Shown here: one piece after another, positions 48,002-58,029 of the stretch
Layout of the letters: every line of letters begins with the position of its first letter
How positions within the stretch are numbered: position 1 is the stretch's first letter
DNA from: an uncultured Acidobacteriota bacterium
GTDB taxonomy: Bacteria; Acidobacteriota; Vicinamibacteria; Vicinamibacterales; UBA8438
Length of the DNA: 64,000 bases
Direction of reading: 5' to 3'
NCBI GenBank assembly: GCA_913043225.1
Contig: CAJWLU010000009.1
Span: 64,001-128,000, forward strand
Notes under the pieces: model-generated
What the model was told of the DNA's origin: nothing
Databases searched by the model: none
The model's input: the letters and a program-made list of their open reading frames with translations, nothing else
Made by a program: the position numbers and the translations under genes

Positions 48002-48031
48002 CAACGGTTGGACTGATTGTCAGTAGAGGGT

Positions 48032-49066
48032 CTAAAACATTGCGACCGGGTTAGCAGGCGATCCCGTGCCGCGAGCGACGTTCAGAGGAAGCAGCATGAA
48101 CATGAACTCGTGTCGCCCCTCTTCCGCGCAGGCGTCGGCGATCGGTTCGAGTCGAGCGTTGTCTAGTAGCGCGACGCCGAAGTTGAAAAGCACCCCGTGC
48201 ACCGGCCAGGGTAGACCCGTTCCGCCCATACCGGCGTCCATCAGGTCCCACCCGAGCAGCGCTACGTCGTGATCGCGGATGAACTCCGCACAGCTGACAT
48301 GGAGGCCGGCGCCGGCGTTGGCTCCCGCGTTTGTTGCCGCTTCCCAGCCGCTGTGGACGAGCAGCGCGTCTCCGGCATCGACTGAAACCCCCTGCGTTTC
48401 GGCGATGGTGGCGAGTTCGTCGCCGGTGACCGGGTCCTCGCGGGTGACGTGGGGTACTCCGCGGTGCCGCGGCACGTCGATCAGCACACCCTTGGTGATG
48501 ATGCCGCGATTCCAGTGCGTGATGTCGGCGAAGTGGGCGCCTTGGGTCGTGACCTCTTCGGTGTGGTTTCGCCCCTGCCACATGCCGTCCTCGTCCCAGA
48601 TGTGGCACATGGCGTCGATGTGGGTCACCGTCGCCCCGTGGTAGATGAACCCAAGATAGTCCATCACATAGCCCCCGCCGGCTCCGAGGGAACTTTTAGT
48701 GATGAAGTGCTGTGGCGGCTCAAAGGTACGACTGAGTGACACCGTCCTACCCGTGCGGACCAGCGCCGCGGCGGCCGCTCGTTTCTCCGCCGTGATGAGG
48801 TTAATGGCACCTACCTGGTCGTCGTCACCCCACCGTCCCCAGTTCCGACGGTTCCGGTACATTGCGGCATAGGTCTCGACTTCGCCCGGCTGCAGCACGC
48901 TCTCGGTAGTCGACTCGTGCCGTCTCGTCGCCTGGCGTGTCAAGAGCTCTGGTGGTGAGAACGTTCGTGCGCGTGAGGTGGCGGCGTGGGCGCTGGCACC
49001 GCCGGCCACGGTGGCACTGCCGAGGGCGGCAGCGTGTCTAAGGAACTGTCGTCGTGATGCTGGCAT
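48032..49066 (-). CDS. Cyclase (kynurenine formamidase-like) metal hydrolase with a Tat leader
   Basis: SRRQFLR; NWGRWGDDDQ.G.IN; HGATVTHIDA.CH; GSPANP.A.F. Confidence 0.88.
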   Translation of the reverse strand: MPASRRQFLRHAAALGSATVAGGASAHAATSRARTFSPPELLTRQATRRHESTTESVLQPGEVETYAAMYRNRRNWGRWGDDDQVGAINLITAEKRAAAAALVRTGRTVSLSRTFEPPQHFITKSSLGAGGGYVMDYLGFIYHGATVTHIDAMCHIWDEDGMWQGRNHTEEVTTQGAHFADITHWNRGIITKGVLIDVPRHRGVPHVTREDPVTGDELATIAETQGVSVDAGDALLVHSGWEAATNAGANAGAGLHVSCAEFIRDHDVALLGWDLMDAGMGGTGLPWPVHGVLFNFGVALLDNARLEPIADACAEEGRHEFMFMLLPLNVARGTGSPANPVAMF

Positions 49067-49217
49067 CAGTATCGTCCCTGGCCCCGTTGGTCCTGGTCGG
49101 GAGGCGAGTGCTTCGCTGGTGAGATGTTCGTAGAGTTCCTGCTTATATCCGCTGCCCTCCATGGGCACATGTGAGACTGACGAAGCAACGCTACCAGACA
49201 GGCACCTCGCCAGGAAG

Positions 49218-49712
49218 CTAGATTATGTGACCGACCCACCTTCCGGCGAAGATCACGATGATCCAGAGGGCGAGCGAGGCGAGCCCGGCACGTCGGCCGG
49301 CGGTTGGGATGACGGCGTCGGCATCCCAGTTTGGGACCTGGCGGAACGTCTTGAACTGGAAGAGCGTCATGTTGACGCCAGCGGCCACCAGACCGATCAG
49401 CTTTATCTGGAACGCGGGATTTTCGATGTAGGTCGCCGCGCGGGTCATGAAGAGCCCGAACCCAGTGATCACGGTGAGGATGAAGGCGCCCCAGGTCCAC
49501 GGGATGAGCTCCTTCGTCATCCGACTGACCGGATAGGTCAAGGCAGTCAGCCCGAGTAACCGGAGGTCGACCATCAGGATGGAGCCGACCACCAGCCCCA
49601 CTCCAACTACATGGAGCGACTCGAGGAACGGGAACCACCAGGTGAAGCCGATGTGCTCGGCGAGCGGCTGCGTTTCTAGCCAGGACCAGAGTTCGGGAAA
49701 GGGTATGGGCAT
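49218..49712 (-). CDS. DUF6644-like membrane protein
   Basis: ESLHVVG...VDLRLLG, NPAFQIK, AGRW; probable start MPIPFP. Confidence 0.75.
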   Translation of the reverse strand: MPIPFPELWSWLETQPLAEHIGFTWWFPFLESLHVVGVGLVVGSILMVDLRLLGLTALTYPVSRMTKELIPWTWGAFILTVITGFGLFMTRAATYIENPAFQIKLIGLVAAGVNMTLFQFKTFRQVPNWDADAVIPTAGRRAGLASLALWIIVIFAGRWVGHII

Positions 49713-49717
49713 TGCGG

Positions 49718-50239
49718 TTACTCGTACAGGAAGTACAGGTAGTCGGTATAGGCGATCCAGCGACCAGCCAGCACGATGCCCAGCCACAGCAGGAGCGACG
49801 TTGCGGCGATCACCCGCGCGCCATTCCGTCGTGTGTGGGACGCCTCCCAATAGCCGGGTTCACGCGCGTTCATCCAGTAGAGCACTACCGCCAGGAGTAC
49901 GACAGGCACAAGCATCTGGAACTTCCACTCCGCCACCGGGTTGTAGAAGTACCGATTCGGTCGGGCCACTACGAACAGGCCGCCGGTAATCAGATTCACC
50001 GGTAGTGCCCAGAAGGTCCAGGGCAGCAGTCGCTGGATCATCTCGCTGGGACTCTGGCTAGGGACAGCCAGACCGATAAGTCGCAGGTTGACCATCACCG
50101 CGGAGGCCATGATGACGGCGATAGCGAGGATGTGGAGCGACTGAGCGATCGGGGGGAGTCCGGGTACGTTGCCCAGCAGATAGACCGCGAACTCGCGCGC
50201 CGGGCTCTCGGCGAGGGCGTTCGCGATATTGTCCTTCAT
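49718..50239 (-). CDS. DUF6644-like membrane protein (tandem paralog)
   Basis: QSLHIL...NLRLIG, YNP, AGRWIAY; probable start MKDNIA. Confidence 0.75.
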   Translation of the reverse strand: MKDNIANALAESPAREFAVYLLGNVPGLPPIAQSLHILAIAVIMASAVMVNLRLIGLAVPSQSPSEMIQRLLPWTFWALPVNLITGGLFVVARPNRYFYNPVAEWKFQMLVPVVLLAVVLYWMNAREPGYWEASHTRRNGARVIAATSLLLWLGIVLAGRWIAYTDYLYFLYE

Positions 50240-50299
50240 GGCCGGTAATGATACGTCGCACAGCGTGGCGGTCAACGCACGCCAGTCAGGTCGATGCTA

Positions 50300-50469
50300 A
50301 AGATGGCTCAGTCCGCGGGGCCTCGGCGACTTCCTCGTGAATCAACTGGCTGGTGAATTGGAGGCCGATCACCGGGTTGGTGGCTAGATAAGGGGCCCAT
50401 GCCGCACTGTCCGAGCGTGCGCTCGATCTCGTAGCGTCCGATCTGTTGCGGGAGGGGCGTGTCCGTCAC
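50300..50469 (-). pseudogene. N-terminal remnant of a Ser/Thr kinase
   Basis: IGRYEIERTLGQCGMG, then a frameshift to YLATNPVIG (subdomain I, GxGGMG.VYLA.DP.IG). Confidence 0.65.
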
Positions 50470-50557
50470 GTGAGCACCGTGGCCGGCGGCCATGCTATCG
50501 CCGGGGTCTGTCAATTGACACCTGCCCGACCATCGGCGAAACTAGCACAGTTTTCAG

Positions 50558-53029
50558 ATGGTTAGAGGCATCCTTCGAAGACAGGGGGTACTGGTTGGGC
50601 TGGGTGCAGTCGCAGTATGTCTGGCTCTCCTCATCCCGTCCGCTTTGTCCCCACCACTCGAAGCCCGTGCCGCGCTCGAGGGCGAAGCGCTGTTGCTGGA
50701 TGAAACGCTCAAGCAGTATTGCGTTACCTGTCACAATCCGCGACTCCAGACCGCCGAGTTGAGCCTGCAGGGGCTGGATCTCGAAGAGATCGGTGCCCAC
50801 GCTGAAATCTGGGAAGGCGTGGTCCGCAAGCTGCGGACCCGGTCCATGCCGCCGGTCGGCCGGCCGCGGCCCGAGAACGACACCTACGATCGCCTCGCGG
50901 TGTGGCTGGAAGACGAGATCGATCGGGCGGCGTTTCCGGCCGTGGATCCGGGGCGTACCGAGGCATTCCATCGCTTGAATCGGGCCGAGTACGCCAACGC
51001 AGTCAGAGACCTACTCGGCCTCGAGGTAGACGTGGCGGAGCTCCTGCCCGCCGACAACTTCGATGAGCACGGCTTCGACAACATGGCCAGCGTGCTCACC
51101 GTTTCGTCGTCGTTGCTGGAGCGCTATCTGTCGGCGGCACGCAAGATCGCCCGGCTCGCGGTGGGCGAGACGCCGTCGGGTCCGGCAACCTCCACCTACC
51201 GGGTGCCCATTCTCTACGTGCAGGACGACCGCGTCAGCGAGCTGCTGCCGTTCGGTTCACGGGGCGGTATCGGGATCGAGCACTACTTCCCGGTGGACGG
51301 TGAGTACGACCTGGAGGTCACACTGCACCGGAACTACGTAAACTACGTCCGTGGTATGGGATCGCGCCACGAGCTGCAGGTGCGGCTCGATGGTCGCCTC
51401 GTGCGGACCTTTACGTTTGGCGGCACGGAGCCGGACGTGCTGCAGGCGCCCGCTAGCTATGGCGGAAACCAGTTTGGTGACCCCGAGTGGGAAGAGTACA
51501 TGCTTTTCGCCGACGCCAATCTCCGGGTGCGGTTCGAGGCGGAGGCTGGTCCGCGTGTCGTCAGCGTGTCGTTCGTGCGACGCCACACCGAGCCGGAGGG
51601 GGTTCAGCAGCCGCGGCAGAGCATCTTCGCCGTGTCAGTGAATGAGATGCGCGACGGGAACGCCGCGGTCGATCAGGTGGTCATCGGCGGTCCGTACGAG
51701 AGTCGTGGTCCTGGGGACACGCTGAGCCGCCGCGCCGTCTTCAGCTGCACGCCCGAAAGCGTCGGTGAGGAGGAGCCCTGCGCTCGCGAAATCCTCCGGC
51801 GTCTGGCCAGACGCGCCTATCGGCGTCCGGTGGGCGAGGCGGATCTGGTGCCGTTACTGCAGTTCTACCGGGCTGGACGCGAAGGCGGGTCGTTCGATGG
51901 AGGTCTCCAGCTGGCACTAGAGCGGCTGCTCATCTCGCCCGACTTCCTGTTCCGGATCGAGCGCGATCCTACCGGCGTCACGCCGGGTGAGCGCTACAAG
52001 CTGACGGACCTGGAACTGGCGTCGCGGCTGTCGTTCTTCCTGTGGTCGAGTGGCCCGGACGATGAGCTGCTCAATCTGGCCGAGGCAGGCCGGCTGCAGG
52101 ACCTCGCCGTTCTCGAAACGCAGGCCAGGCGCATGCTGGCCGATTCCCGCGCGTCGGCGCTAGTCGCCAACTTTGCGGGGCAGTGGCTGCGGCTGCGTGA
52201 CCTCGGCAGCGTGGTTCCAGACGCCATCGTGTTTCCCGACTTCGACGAGAACCTGCGCGAGGCGTTCCAGCAAGAGACGGAGCTCTTCATCGAAAGCCTG
52301 CTCCGAGAGGACCGGAGTGTGCTGGACCTGGTGGGCGCCGACTACACGTTCGCCAACGAGCGGCTGGCCAGGCACTATGGCATCCCGAACGTCTACGGTA
52401 GCCACTTTCGCCGGATTGAGCTCGACGGTGAGACGGCCGAGCGGCGCGGCGGGATCATCGGTCACGGCAGCGTGCTGACTGTCACCTCCTACCCGAACCG
52501 CACCTCACCAGTGCTCCGCGGCAAGTGGATTCTAAACAACATTTTGGGTACCCCGCCGCCACCCCCGCCTGACGACGTGCCCGACCTGCCGGATCGCGGC
52601 GAGGATGGAAATCCGGCGACAGTACGCGAACGTCTTCAGAGGCATCGCGAAAGCCCAGTCTGTTCGACTTGTCACGCGCCGATGGACCCGCTGGGGCTAG
52701 CCATGGAGAACTACGACGCGGTGGGCCAGTGGCGGACCACGGGCGAGGCGACGTTGCCGATCGATTCGTCAGGGACGTTACCGGACGGGACCGCGTTCGA
52801 CGGCCCTGACGGGCTACGTTCGTTACTACTCGAGCGGGGCGACCAGTTCGTGGCGACAGTGACCGAGAAGCTGCTGGCTTATGCGATCGGTCGCGGACCG
52901 GAGTACTACGATCGGCCCACGGTGCGGGAGATTGTGCGGCAGACGGCGGTGGATGACCACCGGTGGTCATCTGTCATTGTGAACATCGTGAAGAGTGGAC
53001 CGTTCCGGATGCGGAGGACGGAGTCATGA
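50558..53029 (+). CDS. DUF1592-type c-cytochrome protein (copy 2)
   Basis: CVTCH, CSTCH, HRLNRAEYAN, LASRLSFFLWSS.PD. Confidence 0.9.
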   Translation: MVRGILRRQGVLVGLGAVAVCLALLIPSALSPPLEARAALEGEALLLDETLKQYCVTCHNPRLQTAELSLQGLDLEEIGAHAEIWEGVVRKLRTRSMPPVGRPRPENDTYDRLAVWLEDEIDRAAFPAVDPGRTEAFHRLNRAEYANAVRDLLGLEVDVAELLPADNFDEHGFDNMASVLTVSSSLLERYLSAARKIARLAVGETPSGPATSTYRVPILYVQDDRVSELLPFGSRGGIGIEHYFPVDGEYDLEVTLHRNYVNYVRGMGSRHELQVRLDGRLVRTFTFGGTEPDVLQAPASYGGNQFGDPEWEEYMLFADANLRVRFEAEAGPRVVSVSFVRRHTEPEGVQQPRQSIFAVSVNEMRDGNAAVDQVVIGGPYESRGPGDTLSRRAVFSCTPESVGEEEPCAREILRRLARRAYRRPVGEADLVPLLQFYRAGREGGSFDGGLQLALERLLISPDFLFRIERDPTGVTPGERYKLTDLELASRLSFFLWSSGPDDELLNLAEAGRLQDLAVLETQARRMLADSRASALVANFAGQWLRLRDLGSVVPDAIVFPDFDENLREAFQQETELFIESLLREDRSVLDLVGADYTFANERLARHYGIPNVYGSHFRRIELDGETAERRGGIIGHGSVLTVTSYPNRTSPVLRGKWILNNILGTPPPPPPDDVPDLPDRGEDGNPATVRERLQRHRESPVCSTCHAPMDPLGLAMENYDAVGQWRTTGEATLPIDSSGTLPDGTAFDGPDGLRSLLLERGDQFVATVTEKLLAYAIGRGPEYYDRPTVREIVRQTAVDDHRWSSVIVNIVKSGPFRMRRTES

Positions 53030-54351
53030 TCATCACTGGTAAAGCGATTCCTCGTCGGATGGTGTTGCGCGGGCTGGGCGCGTCGCTGGCACTGCCGTTG
53101 CTCGACGGCATGGTTCCGGCTTTTGCGTCGACCCGGGGTGCGGCCCCGATCAAGCGCCTGGGCGTGGTCTACGTCCCCAACGGCATGATGATGCCGGACT
53201 GGACGCCCGAGGTCGCGGGGAAGGACTTCGCCTATACCCGTATTCTCAAGGCGCTCGAGCCGTATCGCGATCAGATTCAGCTGCTCTCGGGCATGCACGG
53301 AGTTGAGGGCGCTGGTCCGCACGCCCGGGCATCCACCCGGTTTCTAACTGGCGTCCCCTCCAAGCCTGATGACGGCTCGGATCTATTTGCTGGTGTATCG
53401 ATGGACCAGATCGCGGGGCGGACGCTTGGAGCGGAAACGCAGCTGGCGACGCTCGAGCTTGCGCTCGACGGCCGCGACTTCGCCGGGTCGTGCGACGACG
53501 GCTTCAGCTGCGCCTACACGAATACCATTTCCTGGGCGAACGAGACCACGCCGCTGCCGATGGAAAACAACCCGCGTGTGGTGTTCGAGCGATTGTTCGG
53601 CGATACCGGTAGCACCGACCCTGCGGTGCGGAAGGCGCGGCTCGCCAAGGACGCGAGCCTACTCGACTCGGTAGCCGAGCGTGCGGGTGACCTTTCGCGC
53701 GAGCTCGGACAGCGAGATCAGGCGAAGCTAAGCCAGTATCTGGACGCGGTACGCGATATCGAACGCCGGATCCAGATGGCTGAGGCGCAGTCGGACCGGG
53801 AACTCCCCGTGGTGGAACAGCCGGCCGGCGTGCCGGACACGGTGGGCGAGCATGCCGCGCTAATGTTTGACCTGATGGCGCTGGCGTATGAGACGGACCT
53901 GACCCGGGTGGCGACCTTCATGATGGGCCGCGAGATCACCGGGCGGACCTATGCCGAGATCGGCGTGGCCGATGCTCATCACCCGATTTCTCACCACCAG
54001 CGGGACCCGGTGAAGCTCGAGAAGCTCACCAAGATCAACGAGTACCACGTGCAGCTGTTCTCGGCCTTTGTTGATCGGTTGAAGAACACCGAGGACGGCG
54101 ACGGCACGCTGTTCGACAACTCGATGATCATCTATGGCGCCGGGATGGCTGATAGCAACGCCCACGGGTCTGAGGACCTTCCAATCTTGTTGGCTGGTGG
54201 CGGTGCCGGAACCGGCGGGCGGCACGTCCGCTATGACAAGGGGACGCCGCTGGCCAATCTGCACCTCAGTCTGCTGGATCGTCTCGGCGTGCCGCTCGAC
54301 AAGCTCGGACACAGCACAGGGCGGCTGCCGCTCGATCCGTTGCTGGCGTAG
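53026..54351 (+). CDS. DUF1552 protein (copy 2)
   Basis: ATGA overlap; PRRMVLRGLG.SLALPLLD; GFSCAY; HHPISHH. Confidence 0.9.
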   Translation: MIITGKAIPRRMVLRGLGASLALPLLDGMVPAFASTRGAAPIKRLGVVYVPNGMMMPDWTPEVAGKDFAYTRILKALEPYRDQIQLLSGMHGVEGAGPHARASTRFLTGVPSKPDDGSDLFAGVSMDQIAGRTLGAETQLATLELALDGRDFAGSCDDGFSCAYTNTISWANETTPLPMENNPRVVFERLFGDTGSTDPAVRKARLAKDASLLDSVAERAGDLSRELGQRDQAKLSQYLDAVRDIERRIQMAEAQSDRELPVVEQPAGVPDTVGEHAALMFDLMALAYETDLTRVATFMMGREITGRTYAEIGVADAHHPISHHQRDPVKLEKLTKINEYHVQLFSAFVDRLKNTEDGDGTLFDNSMIIYGAGMADSNAHGSEDLPILLAGGGAGTGGRHVRYDKGTPLANLHLSLLDRLGVPLDKLGHSTGRLPLDPLLA

Positions 54352-54387
54352 CTGCTGGGTCTCACCGGTCCAGCCGGGAGGAGCATC

Positions 54388-55341
54388 GTGAAACGCTTCG
54401 TGATTTGCGTGGCGCCGCTGGTGCTTCTGCCCGCCGCGGCCGGGGCCAATGAGACCATAAGTGACTGGATGGGTCGCTCGGCGACATTTGTCGAGGGCAA
54501 GGCCGATTCAGGCGGTGTCGCCATCTCCTATCACGTAGCGGGCGAGGGCCCGCTCGTCATCTTCGTTCATAGCATCTTTGGGCCCTGGTTCGATTTCCGT
54601 CACCAGATGGTGGCGCTATCCGAGACCCACCGGGTGGTTTCTATGTCGACGCGGGGGACCGACCGCAGTGACAAGCCCGAAGGCGTGGAGCACTACGCCA
54701 GTGCCCGGATCGCAGATGACATTAATGCACTGATCGATCACTTCGGTGAAGAGATGGCCACGATCGTCGGACAGGACAGCGGCGGCCTGCATGCCTGGCA
54801 CTTCGCGATGACCCATCCGGAGCGCACGGCGGGGCTGATCTCGCTAGGATCGGTGCATCCGGCTGGGCTGATTCGCGAGCTGATCGACAACGAAGCACAG
54901 CAGCAGTCGACGCAGTTCCAGAACAACATGCTCCAGGACCCACAGGCGGGCGAGCAGTTGTCTGGATTTATCGGTGGTGGACAGATGAACCCGGACGATC
55001 CTGCCGATGTCGCCGAGCTGCGGCGCGACGCCTACTCGCGGCTCGAGGTGGAGTCGATTGTTAATTTCTACAAGGCTAACTGGCCGCGTCCGCCGGTGAC
55101 CGCCGACACGGTCGGGTTCGGGTTTAAGTTGGGCGAGTTCCCGCCCGTGCAGGCACCAACGCTCTTCATCTACGGCGAGAACAGCGGGCCGTTCAAGCCC
55201 GAGACCCTAAACAACATGTGGCAATGGGTCGATGGACCGCTGACGATACAAGTCCTGCCTGGCGTGGGACATGGACCACACACCGAGGCGCCTGAGTTCG
55301 TGACGCCCCGCATCGTGGAATGGCTCACGACCGGGCGCTAA
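54388..55341 (+). CDS. Exported alpha/beta hydrolase, epoxide hydrolase/dehalogenase-like
   Basis: GQDSGG (Asp nucleophile), PTLFIYGE, GVGH. Confidence 0.82.
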   Translation: MKRFVICVAPLVLLPAAAGANETISDWMGRSATFVEGKADSGGVAISYHVAGEGPLVIFVHSIFGPWFDFRHQMVALSETHRVVSMSTRGTDRSDKPEGVEHYASARIADDINALIDHFGEEMATIVGQDSGGLHAWHFAMTHPERTAGLISLGSVHPAGLIRELIDNEAQQQSTQFQNNMLQDPQAGEQLSGFIGGGQMNPDDPADVAELRRDAYSRLEVESIVNFYKANWPRPPVTADTVGFGFKLGEFPPVQAPTLFIYGENSGPFKPETLNNMWQWVDGPLTIQVLPGVGHGPHTEAPEFVTPRIVEWLTTGR

Positions 55342-55394
55342 GAGCGAGCCCGGGTCGTCAGCCTACCAGCGGTGCTTTGGCAAGGAGGAGTGCC

Positions 55395-56393
55395 GTGATT
55401 TATCCTCGACATCCGTTCGCAGCATTTGCGGTTGCCCTGGCTGTGTCGTTCCCGATGACGGCGGTCGCCCAGGACTGGACCGTACCCAGGACACCCGACG
55501 ACCAGCCGGATCTGCAGGGGGTCTGGGCCAACAATAACGTAACGCCGTTGCAACGTCCCGAGGTGCTCGGGGAGCGGACCACGCTGACTGACGAAGAAGT
55601 CGCGGCGCTCCAGTCACGAGCCGGCGAGCTGTTTAGCGACGAATCAGGTGACGCCGCGTTCGGCGACAGCGTGTTCGCAGCGGCCCTGGCTGAAGCCGAG
55701 TCCTTCAGCTCGCGCGATGCAGCCACTGGCAACTACAACCAGTTTTGGATGGTGGAGCGCGAGTGGGACAACCGCACGTCGCTCATTATCGATCCGTCGA
55801 GCGGCCGGCTGCCGGCCCAGACGGATCGCGCGCGGTCGCGCGCGGCCGATCGGGCCGAGGCTCGGCGCCGACACGCGTGGGGACCAGAGGACCGCAGTCT
55901 CGGCGAGCGTTGTATCACCTGGGGCGCGCCCCGCCTCGGTGCCGGCTACAACAGCTACATACAGATCTTTCAGACGTCGACCCATGTCGTGCTCTACCAG
56001 GAGATGGGTGGACCACGAGTTATCCCGATCACGACCGCCAAACACGTAAACGATCGCGTTCGCTTGTGGCACGGTGACTCGAGGGCCCGGTGGGAAGGCG
56101 ACACGCTGGTGGTCGAGACTCAGAACTACTCGCCGAAAGTCTCGATCATGGGTGCCGCCGAAGGTCTGTATATTGAGGAACGGTTGACCCGGGTCAGTGA
56201 CGGCGTCATCGAGTACGAAGTAACCATGAGCGACCCAGACACCTGGGCTGCGCCATGGACAGCGATGATTCCGCTGAGAAGCTCACGCGATCCGGTGTTC
56301 GAGTACGCGTGCCACGAAGGGAACATTGGCATGGACGGCATCATGACCGGCGCGCGCGCGCTTGAGCGCGCCGAGGCCGAGGGCGGGCAGTAG
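55395..56393 (+). CDS. PDLQGxW...ACHEGN family exported protein (paralog 3)
   Basis: AAGGAGG RBS, GTG 55395; family motifs present. Confidence 0.85.
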   Translation: MIYPRHPFAAFAVALAVSFPMTAVAQDWTVPRTPDDQPDLQGVWANNNVTPLQRPEVLGERTTLTDEEVAALQSRAGELFSDESGDAAFGDSVFAAALAEAESFSSRDAATGNYNQFWMVEREWDNRTSLIIDPSSGRLPAQTDRARSRAADRAEARRRHAWGPEDRSLGERCITWGAPRLGAGYNSYIQIFQTSTHVVLYQEMGGPRVIPITTAKHVNDRVRLWHGDSRARWEGDTLVVETQNYSPKVSIMGAAEGLYIEERLTRVSDGVIEYEVTMSDPDTWAAPWTAMIPLRSSRDPVFEYACHEGNIGMDGIMTGARALERAEAEGGQ

Positions 56394-56429
56394 TTGCTCT
56401 TGAGGACCGAGTCAAGGAGCGAGAGATAG

Positions 56430-58028
56430 ATGACGCAGGCTAGCAGGCTGATCGTGGGATGGGGTGTTGCCGTGGCGCTGGCGGGCGTGGCCGCCTGCGG
56501 CACCGGTCCGGCTCCGGAGGAGAGCGAGGTGTCGGGCGCGGGTTCTCCCCCGTTGTGCGAGGCGCTAGCGTCGCTGTCGCTCTCGAACGTCCAAATCACG
56601 ATGGCCGAGGTGGTGCCGGCCGGCGGCTTCGAGCCGCCGCTGCCACCGGGGCGGTCGCTGTCGGGAGGGCAGGTGCGACAATACGGTGCGTTGCCGGAAT
56701 TTTGCCGGGTGGCCGCCACGCTGACGCCGTCCGACGACTCGGACATCAAGATGGAGGTCTGGCTCCCGACCGACGGCTGGAACGGGAAGCTCCAAGCGGT
56801 CGGCAATGGAGCCTTCACTGGCAGCCTTCGCTACGGCGGCGGGCGTTCGATGTCTACCGGGCTCGAGCGCGGCTATGCCACGACGTCAACTGACACGGGT
56901 CATGTGGGAGGGAGCGCCGAGTTCGGCTACCAGCACCCGGAGAAAGTGATCGACTTCGGGTATCGCTCGGTCCATGAGATGACGGTCACCGCCAAGGACG
57001 TTATCGCCGCCTACTACGGAGACGCTCCCGATTACTCGTACTTCTTCGGCTGCTCGGCCGGCGGCCGGCAGGCGATTGCCGAGGCGCAGAAGTATCCGGA
57101 GGATTACGACGGTATCGTCGCCTGGGCTCCTGGGAACGACTGGATGGGGCGGGCGGCCGGCGCCCTCCGCGTAGCCAAGCACGTGCATGACAACCCGGCC
57201 GCGGCGCTGCCCGAAGCCAAGCGTGCTCTTCTGGTCGAGGGGGCGCTCGAGGCGTGCGATGCGGCCGACGGGGTGGAAGACCGGGTCATCAACGACCCCG
57301 AACGTTGTGACTTCGATCCGGGGGTGCTCGAGTGTGACGGCGCCGACGGTGCAGATTGCTTGACGGCGGCTCAGGTGGGTACGGCGCGGATGATGTACGA
57401 ATCGCCGGCGAACCCGGCGAGCGGGCGCCTGATCACGGGCGCGTATCCGGGCAGCGAGGCGAACTGGACCGATGAGGGATGGACGCGCTCGGCCCGGAAC
57501 ACCGGGCTTGAACAATACCGCTATCTCACCTACCAGGACCTCGATTGGACGATCGATCGGTTCGATTTCGAGACCGATATCGCGAAGGCCGAGGAAGTAG
57601 ACGGCGAGACACTGAATACTCTGGATCCGGACCTGCGTCCGTTCCTCGAGCGGGGCGGGAAGTTGCTGACGTCGCACGGTTGGAGCGATGCCCAAATCTC
57701 GCCGGTAAACGCCATTCAGTACTACCGGCGCGTGGTCGAATTGGTCGGTGACGAGGACGTGGTCCAGGAGGGCTACCGCCTGTTCATGGCGCCCGGCATG
57801 GGGCACTGCGCCGGAGGCGAAGGTCCCAACTGGTTCGACGCGCTGACTGTCATGGAACAGTGGGTCGAAGAAGGGCAGGCGCCGGACCAGATCGTGGCTC
57901 AGCGGGAGCGTGACGGTCAGGTGGATCGCACGCGGCCCCTGTGTCCCTACCCGCAGGTGGCCGTCTACAACGGCAGCGGCAGTACCGACGCGGCCGAGAA
58001 TTTCTCCTGTCAGCTCCCCACCGATTAG
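56430..58028 (+). CDS. Tannase/feruloyl esterase family lipoprotein
   Basis: VAAC lipobox; GCSAGGRQ; HGWSD; PGMGHC; RPLCPYP. Confidence 0.92.
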   Translation: MTQASRLIVGWGVAVALAGVAACGTGPAPEESEVSGAGSPPLCEALASLSLSNVQITMAEVVPAGGFEPPLPPGRSLSGGQVRQYGALPEFCRVAATLTPSDDSDIKMEVWLPTDGWNGKLQAVGNGAFTGSLRYGGGRSMSTGLERGYATTSTDTGHVGGSAEFGYQHPEKVIDFGYRSVHEMTVTAKDVIAAYYGDAPDYSYFFGCSAGGRQAIAEAQKYPEDYDGIVAWAPGNDWMGRAAGALRVAKHVHDNPAAALPEAKRALLVEGALEACDAADGVEDRVINDPERCDFDPGVLECDGADGADCLTAAQVGTARMMYESPANPASGRLITGAYPGSEANWTDEGWTRSARNTGLEQYRYLTYQDLDWTIDRFDFETDIAKAEEVDGETLNTLDPDLRPFLERGGKLLTSHGWSDAQISPVNAIQYYRRVVELVGDEDVVQEGYRLFMAPGMGHCAGGEGPNWFDALTVMEQWVEEGQAPDQIVAQRERDGQVDRTRPLCPYPQVAVYNGSGSTDAAENFSCQLPTD

Positions 58029-58029
58029 G

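Noticed and set aside
50509..50520. TGTCAATTGACA palindrome (back-to-back -35 boxes)
   Set aside because: Only a weak -10 (GAAACT) at 17 bp on the plus strand and none properly spaced on the minus strand; not enough support.
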